Source: Rhizodiscina lignyota (Eukaryota). From it: DNA of 64,000 bases. Position numbers and translations under genes: made by a program. Location: contig ML978130.1 of assembly GCA_010015805.1 (NCBI GenBank), positions 620,001-684,000 on the forward strand. Direction: 5' to 3'. The notes beneath the pieces were generated by a model. The model was not told the DNA's origin. It was given only the letters and a program-made list of their open reading frames with translations, and did not search any database. Shown here piece by piece: positions 23,876 to 34,454 of the stretch. Positions within the stretch are counted from its first letter, which is position 1. The number at the start of each line of letters is the position of its first letter.

Positions 23876-26248
23876 TCAGATGATCACGATTTCATCCCCT
23901 TCATACGTTGGAGAGTGTAATTTCTCCAGAGCCCTGTCGCGAAGGCGTGGAGGAACAATACAAGGGCCTACCATGCGGAAATTTTCGCCAGAAGGGCGCA
24001 GAATAAAAGCCATATACGCTTGTGGGAATAAGAATGCAAGTTTGTCTCCTTCTTGGACCCTAGGGGGGCTTACGCCGTAGAATCCAGACGTCTTGGTGGT
24101 GAAAAAGGTCCTCTGCGGCCCGAAAAGGTGCCCAATTGGTATATTGAGCTGCGGCAACTTCCCAACGGTCCGAGCCTCACCCTTCAGTACGTTCGAAAGC
24201 CAAGCGCTGCCTGTGATGCTCTTCTCGCTTTGCGCAAGATCGTAAAATTGTTCATCTAACTCCTCTTCAGACACGTTAGTAAGGGCAGAATAGCCTTCCA
24301 GCAGATCTCTCCAAATGAAGGTCAGCCAGCTCTCCGGGTCCAGACTACGGCCTGTGGTCGGAAATTTGGTGCGGCATAGTTCATTAACCAAATAAAGACT
24401 GCGGATCTTGTATCGTTGTGTGAGTGTCGAAGCGAAAAACATGGAGGGGTCATCGGCTTGGGTCGTAAGTTCGGGTATTGTTTCATCCTTGGTCTTCGCA
24501 TGTATGTCTAACCAACTTTTAATCTGGCTCCCTTCGTCCTGGCTTTCTTCCGATGAGCTTTTCATCTGCCGCTCCGAGTAATCTCGCATTTCGCGAGTAA
24601 GACCGAAAAAGGTGGACTCCACGACCGCATCAACTTCGTCAACGAGGAAGCCTCTCACGGAGAGCCGTGCATCATTTACCGAGAGAAGTCGCCTGTCGAT
24701 CGCGTCTCTGTTGACCGTATGTCGACCGTGCTGTTTTCGAAGTAGCGGTGTATGGCCGCCGAGAGTGGAGTTCTGGTGATATAGCCAGTACCAGGTAATG
24801 TCTTCATGGTCGCACAAGAAAGGACTATTCTGGGAGAAATCAGGCACCCATGATGGTAAACCAGGTGTTGGCATGTCGAGTGACAAGGACAGCGGATATT
24901 CTAGATAGAGGTCGACCGCTCCTGGTTCATCTTTCCCTTGTCGAAGCATATATGTCATCGCGTCGCGATACACTTCGGCAACCGATTTGTCGTATGATAC
25001 CTGCACAGACTGGTGCACAGATGGACTCACTATGCCAAATGTGCCGTAGATCTTGTCTTTTAAGTCGGTCGCGTCGAAATCCTTTATGAAAGGCAGAACC
25101 TTGTATAACGGTCTAGGACGCAGCCTGCCTTCGTCATCCACTATTGCTCTGCGGATATTTATCAAGTTGGCCAAGGTCTTCTCGGCTTCATCATGATTGA
25201 TCCAAACAGTAGCAGACTTTCTGGTGAAGACTTTTGAAGAGACCACATTTCCACTCGAGTCAACAATCTTCCATAACTGATTAAAGTCCATGCCAGGGAT
25301 GCGATCTTTAAGCATTGGCAGAACCCAATGTGTTGCCATGAACTTGCCGTACGAGACAGTTCGTGACCCGCACAAGATCTGAGGAAGGGCTTTTCCAAGA
25401 ACGAACTCTTGAACGACCCACGTACGACGGAACCAGGGACGCTTCAGCAGCTGGCCAAAATCCATCGCAAACTTGCGAGTTTGCATAGCCTCCACGTTTT
25501 GTTGGGCAATGATATCAAGAGTCTCATCGCTACCATCTTTAGCAGCGCCAAGCCAGACAATCACCCTTACCGCTTGGTGGTATATCCTGCCCATAAGCGG
25601 GATCTGTGTATTCTTTTCAGCTTTGCCGTCATCTCCGACTTGGTTGATACAAATGGCGTCAATCCAAAGCTTACGCGTTGATGTTGGCTTGCGAAGCTGC
25701 GTAAGAGCATCGTAAAGATTCCATGAGACCTCGAAAGGATGACTATTGATCCAGATGGTATGTTTGGATTGCTTGTTACTTCTCCAGGAGTATGATAAAG
25801 CCTCATATTGTGCCGCTGCTGAGTTGAGGTCGGCTTTTTCAATCGTACAGCAGATATCGTCTCCGCCAGGCAACAGAGATAACAATCTAATTTGATCGTG
25901 ATCCAACGGCGAATGCTCAAAAGGATCTGTAAACTTTTGATACTGCTCTGCTCCAGAAATGTCTTCCGGCTGCTGATGAGAGGTAATGAACAACTCTTCC
26001 ATTTCGAAAGCTATGGATTGCTGGCTCCGAGGTATGTGGGTTGTTCCGACTCCTGACTTCTGACAGAGCGAAAACAAATCATTCCAATAGCTCCGTGGAC
26101 TCCATAGGCAGTGGTGACAGACGTGGTAGGTCCTGCCATTTTGACCGGGCTCCATCCACTTGCTCCAACTGCCATCATCCCAACCCATTCTGTCACATGT
26201 CTCACAGCCTATCGCCTTTGGTCCAGCATTCATTTGTGACCCCGCCAT
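23876..26248 (-). CDS. HET-domain (heterokaryon incompatibility, HET-6-like) protein
   Basis: IRLLSLLPG, YEALSYSW, LWIDAICINQ, EKNTQIPLMGRIYHQAVRVIVWLG, RPWFRRTWVVQE, ATDLKDKIYG and LPSWVPDFS. Intronless 790-aa ORF; alternative start at 26002. Confidence 0.93.
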   Translation of the reverse strand: MAGSQMNAGPKAIGCETCDRMGWDDGSWSKWMEPGQNGRTYHVCHHCLWSPRSYWNDLFSLCQKSGVGTTHIPRSQQSIAFEMEELFITSHQQPEDISGAEQYQKFTDPFEHSPLDHDQIRLLSLLPGGDDICCTIEKADLNSAAAQYEALSYSWRSNKQSKHTIWINSHPFEVSWNLYDALTQLRKPTSTRKLWIDAICINQVGDDGKAEKNTQIPLMGRIYHQAVRVIVWLGAAKDGSDETLDIIAQQNVEAMQTRKFAMDFGQLLKRPWFRRTWVVQEFVLGKALPQILCGSRTVSYGKFMATHWVLPMLKDRIPGMDFNQLWKIVDSSGNVVSSKVFTRKSATVWINHDEAEKTLANLINIRRAIVDDEGRLRPRPLYKVLPFIKDFDATDLKDKIYGTFGIVSPSVHQSVQVSYDKSVAEVYRDAMTYMLRQGKDEPGAVDLYLEYPLSLSLDMPTPGLPSWVPDFSQNSPFLCDHEDITWYWLYHQNSTLGGHTPLLRKQHGRHTVNRDAIDRRLLSVNDARLSVRGFLVDEVDAVVESTFFGLTREMRDYSERQMKSSSEESQDEGSQIKSWLDIHAKTKDETIPELTTQADDPSMFFASTLTQRYKIRSLYLVNELCRTKFPTTGRSLDPESWLTFIWRDLLEGYSALTNVSEEELDEQFYDLAQSEKSITGSAWLSNVLKGEARTVGKLPQLNIPIGHLFGPQRTFFTTKTSGFYGVSPPRVQEGDKLAFLFPQAYMAFILRPSGENFRMVGPCIVPPRLRDRALEKLHSPTYEGDEIVII

Positions 26249-27366
26249 CGAGTGAATGTTTCTTGATATGAAGGGAAAGCGTCTTCGAGTTCGCTCAGTA
26301 GGTGATGGGAGCTGTAGCGACGGGACGTGGTCTCTGAGATACTTGTAGCTCTTAATGGAACGGGTCCATCGTTGCAGACGCGAAAGGTAAGGATGATTTC
26401 ATGATTCTCTGCTGTTCCGAGAGAGCTCAGCACTGAGAATTTCTGCAAGGCAGAAAGGGAACTCGCGGCGCAAAGGAGCATTAGCAACCAGACATTGGGA
26501 AGTCTGGACTGCGGGGTTGAACACGGTCTCCGGGCCCTGAAGATGGGCTTCAAATCAGGTACCTACCTACGATGGGAGCTCCGACGAAGGTGATGAGGCA
26601 ATGAAGCGGGCGGAGAGATGGATGCAGCGTGAGTCTGAGGATTTTCTCCTTATGGAACTGTCATTCTAGCGCTCCGGTCTTCGAAGGAACTCCGGTAGCC
26701 GCGATTAAGCAGGGGCGAACCGCTGAAGGGGCGATCGATACGTTGTGACCATGAGCCTCTAGCCTCTTCTTTTCGGACCATCTGAGGGGTCATTGCTATC
26801 TGCATCAGAAATTCTGCCACAGTTTCAAGAAGCCCTCCTGCCATTGATCTCTGCAGATCATTTTTACTGGGGAAATTTGAAGGGAGTCTCCATGACTCGA
26901 CGCTCTCAGGAACGCTCCTTGGCAACGTTTCTCCGCACTCAGTCCGCATACAGTAAACCCCGTTGCCCTCTCACACTTCCGCCTCTCATTACACAATTGC
27001 GCGGTGCCCTTTGACCCGAGCTTCATCTTAAGCTTCACCATGAGAACAACCAATCTTTCCAAACCTGGGCGAACTTTCCGTCTACGGCTTCGGAAGAATG
27101 ATAGTTACGTGGACGCTTCTTCCTGCCGAAAATTTGGGCAAGCTAATGCACTGACTTGACGATATTCCATGTTGCTCACGCGTTGATCTGGAGCCAAAGC
27201 AGCATGGGTAACGTCAAAGGAAGCCGATTTTCATATTTTGATCAATATCATCCAAATGAACTGAGAGTCCTATTGGGCTAGCCTATCCTTTGAAAATGCA
27301 TATTACCTGAGTTGTTCGCAGTTCGCAACGTGCACAGTGCTGCCGTCCCACAGTGCCAAATGAAAG

Positions 27367-30057
27367 ATGTTGCTGCGTCTCCATAACTTCGTTTCACTAA
27401 TTACAATCTCGCTCGCTGCCGCAGTCAGCGTCGATGATGGATCGCTTCGCGCAGATGGCTTGATTCAGCCCCTGGGCATGTCCAATGTCAACCCGCGACT
27501 CTCCTGGATACCTCTCTCGGACACGCGCGGCGACCGACAGACTGGGTACCAAGTCCAAGTCTCGTCCTCTCCGAGTTTCCAAGTCGCCGATCTCTGGGAC
27601 TCAGGAAAGGTTCATTCTACTGCGGTTTGGACAACATACGCTGGCCGAAGTCTTGCTTCCCGCGATGTCGCCTCATGGCGTGTAAGAATATGGGATGCGA
27701 GCGACAAACCATCATCATGGAGTGCGATCGGCTCGTTTGAGATGGGACTTCTAAAAGAGTCTGACTGGCAAGCACATTGGATCGCCAATCCGGAATACAT
27801 TCCTGGAGGTGGAACGTCTCTGCCAATGTTTGCTAAAGCGTTCGAATCGAGCTGCTCAGCCAAAAAAGCGCGTTTGTATATACTTGGACTAGGCCAATTT
27901 GCAGCATACGTAAACGGAAATCCTGCATCCGACTCGGTTCTCGATCCCTCATACAGCCAAACGAATGCCTCGTTACCATATTCGACATATGATGTGACAC
28001 CTCTTATGCAAGATGGAGTCAATCTCATTGGAGTCGAAGTCGGTAAAGGAGTTTACGATGCGGAGCAACCCGTTGCAAAGCGCTACACGGATTTCATCAC
28101 AGCCTCGAATCCTCCAACTGTGATCGCAAGGCTCGAAATGACGTGCCAGGATGATGGTTCGGTGCACAGTATCGTCTCCGATGAATCGTGGAAGACCTCC
28201 GTATCAGGCCCACATCTAGAAGCAAGCTGGTACGGAGGCTGCGAGTATGACGCCAGAAATGAGACCAAAGGATGGCCAAACACAAGCGTAGATCTCTTAG
28301 CACCTGCTTGGATCAATGCAACAACTATAACCCTGCCTGTTGGCGGTACACTTACTGCTGATCCAGGGCCTGCGATGAAGGTTATTGACAGATGGCCCGC
28401 AAGATCTGTGACAGCAGTGAACGGCAGCTACATCTTCGATCTGGGCATCAATATCGCAGGGTGGTTCAACATAACCATGCACGGAGGCTCTGCTCAGAGA
28501 GTTGTTTTCTGGCCTGGGGAAAGACTACTGAGCTCAGGGCTTGTTGATCAATCGACCACTGGATCGCCGATTTTTGATGGCTATACCTTCGCGGGGCGAC
28601 CTTCAGAGTCATACCATCCAAAATTCATGTATCACGGCTTCCGATTCATCCAGGTAGACAACCTTACTTACACTCCGGAGGCATCAGACCTTGAAGCGTT
28701 GGTAATCCGAGCGGAGAACGAAGCAGTCGGCTCGTTCGATACATCTTCGGAACTGTTCAACTCGATTCACACAATCATCGATAGGTCCATGCAAGGCAAC
28801 ATGCATTCCGTCATGACAGATTGTCCGCACCGAGAGAAGTCAGGCTGGCTTGATGATGTACATCTCGTCTTCTTTCCCCTAGCTCAGAACTACGACGTAT
28901 ATGCGCATACAAATCGCCTTGTCAGTATCATAGCAGACTCTCAACTGCCGGATGGAATGATTCCAACAACAGCGCCGGAGTTTAAGGTCTTTTTGCCTCC
29001 GTATCAAGTCTACCGGGATGAGGCCAACTGGGGTAATGCGATCATGACGACGTCTCTCTACCATTATCAGACATATGGCTCGACGGATCTCTTCGAGAAG
29101 TACTACGACCATATGGTCCATTATGTGGAGTACCTCACGTCTGAAACAAATGGAACTTCCATCATCCAAGGCGGACTGGGCGACTGGGAGTCGTTTGATA
29201 CAACTACGCCTGTCAATCTGACATCAACCTTTGGTTACCAGCAAGCCGTTGCAGCATTGACGCAGATTGCGGCTGTTTTGGGGAAACAGAGCGATGTGCA
29301 CAAGTACGCGGCCTTGAACAAAAAGATTCAGAGCGCATTCCACAAAGGCTTCTTTAACACCACGACAAAGAATTCGTACGCATCTGGGTCCATGGCATCA
29401 AATGCAATTGCATTAGACATGGGTGCAGTGCCGTCTCAGTACCAGTCCGCAGTCTTTGATTCCCTTGTCAAGAAGATCAAAGATGAAACATATCACATGT
29501 TGGTCGGCGAGATTGCCCTTCCGTCCCTCTTCCGCGTTCTGCAAGCCCACAGTCGAGACGACGTGCTGTTCGACATGATGAGCGTGACGACGAATGTGAG
29601 TTACGGATTCCAAGTTGCACAGGGCGCAACATCGCTGTGGGAACATTGGGACGGCGTGTCCGGAAGCCTCAATCATTGGATGTTCGGTTATGGCGAGGCT
29701 TGGTTGAGGAGGCTGAGCGGAATGAGCCAGGCAACAGGAGACGTAGCATGGCAAAGTATTGAATTTCAGCCGATCGTCGTGGGTGATCTCTTACATGCTA
29801 ATTCGACTTTCCGATCTCCCCGGGGCTGGGTAAAGACCGCATGGAATCTTGATGGCGATACTCTTGCCTACGCTATCACCGTTCCTGTGGGCAGCACAGG
29901 TACAGTCACACTAAGCAGCACAGACGTGACAGAAAGCGGTCGATCTCTGAGGCAGGGGAACGGGATCACAGATATCCGGAGGTCAGGACACGCAGTCACG
30001 ATACAGCTCGGATCTGGCTCATATAACTTTCGCGCTGAGCATTATTTACGCGGATAG
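27367..30057 (+). CDS. Secreted alpha-L-rhamnosidase, GH78
   Basis: Signal peptide; NPRLSW, DLWDSGKV, FDLGINIAGW, FMYHGFRFIQV, TDCPHREKSGWLDD, GLGDW, GATSLWEHW and SLNHWMFG. Intronless, 896 aa. Confidence 0.93.
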   Translation: MLLRLHNFVSLITISLAAAVSVDDGSLRADGLIQPLGMSNVNPRLSWIPLSDTRGDRQTGYQVQVSSSPSFQVADLWDSGKVHSTAVWTTYAGRSLASRDVASWRVRIWDASDKPSSWSAIGSFEMGLLKESDWQAHWIANPEYIPGGGTSLPMFAKAFESSCSAKKARLYILGLGQFAAYVNGNPASDSVLDPSYSQTNASLPYSTYDVTPLMQDGVNLIGVEVGKGVYDAEQPVAKRYTDFITASNPPTVIARLEMTCQDDGSVHSIVSDESWKTSVSGPHLEASWYGGCEYDARNETKGWPNTSVDLLAPAWINATTITLPVGGTLTADPGPAMKVIDRWPARSVTAVNGSYIFDLGINIAGWFNITMHGGSAQRVVFWPGERLLSSGLVDQSTTGSPIFDGYTFAGRPSESYHPKFMYHGFRFIQVDNLTYTPEASDLEALVIRAENEAVGSFDTSSELFNSIHTIIDRSMQGNMHSVMTDCPHREKSGWLDDVHLVFFPLAQNYDVYAHTNRLVSIIADSQLPDGMIPTTAPEFKVFLPPYQVYRDEANWGNAIMTTSLYHYQTYGSTDLFEKYYDHMVHYVEYLTSETNGTSIIQGGLGDWESFDTTTPVNLTSTFGYQQAVAALTQIAAVLGKQSDVHKYAALNKKIQSAFHKGFFNTTTKNSYASGSMASNAIALDMGAVPSQYQSAVFDSLVKKIKDETYHMLVGEIALPSLFRVLQAHSRDDVLFDMMSVTTNVSYGFQVAQGATSLWEHWDGVSGSLNHWMFGYGEAWLRRLSGMSQATGDVAWQSIEFQPIVVGDLLHANSTFRSPRGWVKTAWNLDGDTLAYAITVPVGSTGTVTLSSTDVTESGRSLRQGNGITDIRRSGHAVTIQLGSGSYNFRAEHYLRG

Positions 30058-31262
30058 AAATACATAAATATGGTGAGCGACAGTAGCGCTGAAGAAAAGA
30101 ATATAAACGAAGAAAGAATGTCCAGTGAAGTGTATGGTCATTTGAATATTCGCCGCAGGAACTGCAATATTATCACTCTGCGAGAGACTGCGAGGCGCCA
30201 TGCCCCGCCTACTTCCTCCTCGGACGTCTGTAGAGAGGCTCGCTGGTACCAAAAGCATGCCGGACGTTGCTCAAACAAGGTGGCACAGCAATTCTAGCGT
30301 GCTGAAGAGTAACACTCGACTGCTTGCGGTCCGGACGACTCACGAGGTCGATCGACATTATGAGCCTTGGGTCTGTGATACTATCTGCACTAAGGCTGAA
30401 CCCTTTCAAATTGCACAGGTTATAGAGACGTGGACGTGAAAGTAAAAGCGCATACGGTATGAGACGAGTCCTCGTACGATGCCTCTCCCGATTTTTGTTC
30501 TCCAAGCGCCGATCTTTAAGCCACCAACACCGGTGAACATCCGATGTCCGCTATTTAGCCGCGCGGTGCACGTCGATAGGATAACCCCCTGCTTCTGTCT
30601 GCCGTCCGTCGCTCTGATTGATCTCTCGGGCGCTTCTGGCCATCTCGCTTCCACAAACCACGAACCACGTCCAGGCGTCAATGCTGGCATGCCACCAACA
30701 CGATCTGCCATCGCCAGTGGCTGTCTTGCCCTGCTGCAAGGGACCACGGCAAGGGATAATACGGTTTCGGTCTTGCAGCTAAGCGCCCGTGTGGCACAGA
30801 AAGGGAATAGCAGGCGACCGAGGCCCAGATAGGACACTCTTTGCAACGTCGGATTGGTCGCACCAAACCAACAGGCAGATCTGGCATACCCGCCGAATAA
30901 CGCGATCTCAGTTATGCCCATGTTAAGTCGCCAGATACTGACACTCAAAATTCCCCGAAGATAGGCGTTTGTCCCTGCAAGAAAGAAATGACTGCTGCAG
31001 AAGGCGGAAATGCCTGTCTGCCCTTTAGACTCCAATTCGATAAGAGCGATTAGGCTGTTCATCTCTTCTTCTGCTCTATTATTAGCTATGCTGCCTGGAT
31101 CGGTTCATCTTTATTCAAATTGCATGTCCGTGCCTTAAGTGTTACCCGTGGGAGATGTTAGTTCTTTCGTTTCAAACTACTTCACAATTCTCTTGTTGCA
31201 GTCGAGGAATAGCGTCAGAGTGTATCGAGCAACGGCGCTAATTCCGTCAGACTTCGATCGCT

Positions 31263-34087
31263 ATGGGGAGAGGATCCAGGCAACCATGGCAAGCGTTGTC
31301 GTTGCAATGGCCATTTCTAACATTTGTTGCACTGGTCTCCATTGGCCTTGCCGCGGCCATCCAGGTCCTGGCGCTGAGGAGTAAAAACGATGGAGGTGTC
31401 ATTCATTCAGAGGACGTAGACGCACTCTCCCTTGGACAGAGCTTTCTATACCGAGTTCTCCCAGCGATCATTGCCGTTCTTTACAGCTTCTTGTGGAGCT
31501 GGATCAATCTCGATGTCCTGCGTCTGGAGCCATTCTACCAGCTCTCGAAATCGGGCGGAGCCTCTGGAAGACAGTCTGTACTGCTATCCTATGTATTCGA
31601 CTTCATTGCAACGGTGCCAATCAAGTCTCTCCAGCACGGGTATGTAGTTCTCTGATCTCCCTTGACGAAACTCTCGCTGACCGACTCAGTCATTGGGCAG
31701 TGCTCTCCTCATCTGTCGCCGTTTTGCTCGTCTTGTGGGGATTGATTCCCGTCCAGAGTGGCATATTTGCTGTAGATGGACAGGCAGTTGTCGTCGTACC
31801 CGCATTCGCTTACCTGGCCGAAGGGTTTCTTTTGACAACCTCTGCTATCGCAATTGCTCTCCTGTACTGCAACGTATGGAGACCGCGTCACCTTATTCGC
31901 GATCCCTCGTCAATTGTAGCAACTATGGCTCTCGTTGCCAATAGCGGTTTTGTTCTGGATAGTTTCAAGAGTATGGACAAGTCGACAGACGTAGAGCTGG
32001 ACCAAAGATGTGGAGAACACCAATATGAGCTCATACAACACGACACTGGCAATGTTCAACTCCATGATGTAGAAGATTCATTACCTTCAAAAACGGACAT
32101 CTACGAGTTACCAAGTGTTGCTACGCAACCTACTTTGGAACCCAGTGCGACTGCAGGATTCCTCTCGCCCAGTTTAGACACCCTTTGTGTCATAGCGTTT
32201 GTCGTCTTCAACCTCGTCACTATGGCCGTGCTTGCAGTGCTCTTCAAAAGATCACAATCGTTTGGTGAGTCACGGTATTATATGTGTACATTCCGGTTGC
32301 TGAGTACTACAGGTATTGCCTTGCCGTCAGGGAACAGATTCGTGTGTCAGCTGTTGGAACATTACATTCCAACTGCCGTGGCAACTTTTATCGAACCCGT
32401 TTGGGTGCTTGTGAGTAGATACTTTGGTCTACTGCAACCATTTGAGGAGCTGTGGAAAAGAAACCGACCGCGCTCCGAATCCATTGGCCTCAGTTACAAC
32501 TCATATCCTCCGCAACTGGGAGTTTTCAGGGCTTTCTGGAACAGACATTTTGTCTTGGCTGCTGTCTGCACAATGGCTTTGCTGGCAAATGGGCTTACCA
32601 TTGCAATGGCCAGTGTCTTCTTTGAGAAGACTATAGACGTGCCATCTAGCACCAGCTTCGTGCAGACGCTGGACTCTCGATTGATGTTGGCACCAGATGG
32701 AACCATGGACGACTATTCCGACATGATGTCTAACCTGACATCAGGGACACCACTCAAGCCGTGGACAGACTCGAAATATTTCTACGTACCATTTGATACT
32801 GCAAGTACACCTGGCACGATTGAACGAAGAGCTACGACAGTAGCATTTGGTGCGGAGCTGCAATGCAGACCATTCATCCCCCCAGCTTTCAATGAATTCG
32901 GAAATACCAACAAGACAGATGGAACGACCGGTTGGACTTACTTCTTCAATGCGACGCTCGGCTCGCCACACTTCTGGTCTCCAAATGATGGAAGCGGCGA
33001 ATCCGTATCAGGTACGGGATTCATGGACCCCAGAACATACGGAGATTGCACCAGTACTCCGGTAGCGGCAGAATATATCGCCCTTGTCAACACCTCGACT
33101 CCGGATTTGAATACTGGCTTTGTTGCGGGATGGGTTCGTTCCGATGCGAAGTCGTGCGCATTGAATACGTCCCTTCCGGATGACAAAAGCACTTTGATCT
33201 TCTGTCAGCCGAAAATAACAGTCGGGTCAGCAAGTGTCACTGTAGACGCGTCTGGTGTGGTGACAAATGTGAAGCCTTTCTCCACTTCGGAACTGTCGCA
33301 GGCGAATTTTGTCGCCAATGGAACCGATGACTGCCCCAGATCCCCCATTAATGCGACTGAGCTAGCCTCCCTGTCTGATCTGAGCTGCCTTTTGACGAAC
33401 AATCCTCCAAACTTCATGCGGGCTATGACCCGCTTCTTCATCATCAATGGTTGGGGCGGTCAATTTGCAACGCCGTCCATCGCCGTGGCAAGCCCTGCGG
33501 ACGTAATTGTGGCAACGTCTTTCTGGCACGACTCTTCCTCCCCGTCAGATTACAACAACATGTTTATGACGGAGCTGGACGGCAGTGGCGCCATCCTGGA
33601 CCCTACTCAGCCTGCACCTTCAGTGGAACATGCCTCACAGCTGCTCTCCGATGTGTACGCGAGAATGTTCGCAGCACTGCTCGGCTCGCACGCTTCTGAG
33701 GCATTGGCGCCACTCCAAAGCGCGAAACAAATACCTGGTCAATTGATCCAGACGGAAACACGCATTTTCATGTCGAAACCGGCGTTTATTGTTTCGGAAC
33801 TGATCTTATCTACCTATGTCGTCGCTATTGTACTTGTGTATCTGTTTCGACCCGGGAAATTTCTGCCACGATACCCGACGAGTATTGCATCCGTCATTGC
33901 GTATTTTGCTGCGAGCCACGCGGTACAAAACGTTAGAGAAATAGAAGAGATGTTGGATAAGCAGGAAAGCAAGTTCGCGAAGGATTTGGGACAATGCTAT
34001 GGATTTGGTGCATTCGAAGGTACCGATGGGAAAGAACATATCGGGATTGAGAAAGTGGAGTTCCTGAAACCACAGGGGCGATTATGA
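31263..34087 (+). CDS. Multipass membrane protein with two DUF3433 repeats (CWR-2-like)
   Basis: Repeat 1: FLYRVLPAIIAVLYSFLWSWINLDVLRLEPFYQLSKSGGASGRQSVLLSY. Repeat 2: LEHYIPTAVATFIEPVWVLVSRYFGLLQPFEEL..SIGLSY. Each half ends in a TM helix plus a PSSI/PTSIAS motif. Introns 31640-31689 and probably 32265-32312; about 908 aa spliced. Confidence 0.85.
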
Positions 34088-34454
34088 AATTAATTCATGG
34101 CATATAGCGCTCTGCGAATTTTTGTTATGTATTGAGCACGAATCTACGATATTTGATTATGTGATCCATAACGTATGGTCGCGGTGGAGATTCTTTCCGG
34201 AGATGGTGAACTCCCTTCAAAGAAACATTAAAAAGGCTAGTACAACACTTTCGAGAGCTTTTAATGTATGAATACTGAGCAATTCCACTCAGCAAATCGA
34301 ATGCTATATCAAAGTAAGGATAGAGCATCAGAGCGGAGCGGGACGTCCCGTTGAATGTCGATGACGAAATCAACCAGGAACACGATATCAGCCCCTGACT
34401 CTTGAAACATCACCGCCCTCCAACCCCACACCAAGGCCACACGCGAATTACAAA

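Noticed and set aside
30406..31062. 218-aa minus-strand ORF between GH78 and DUF3433
   Set aside because: No motif or convincing composition; I cannot support it as a gene, although a translated search is worthwhile.
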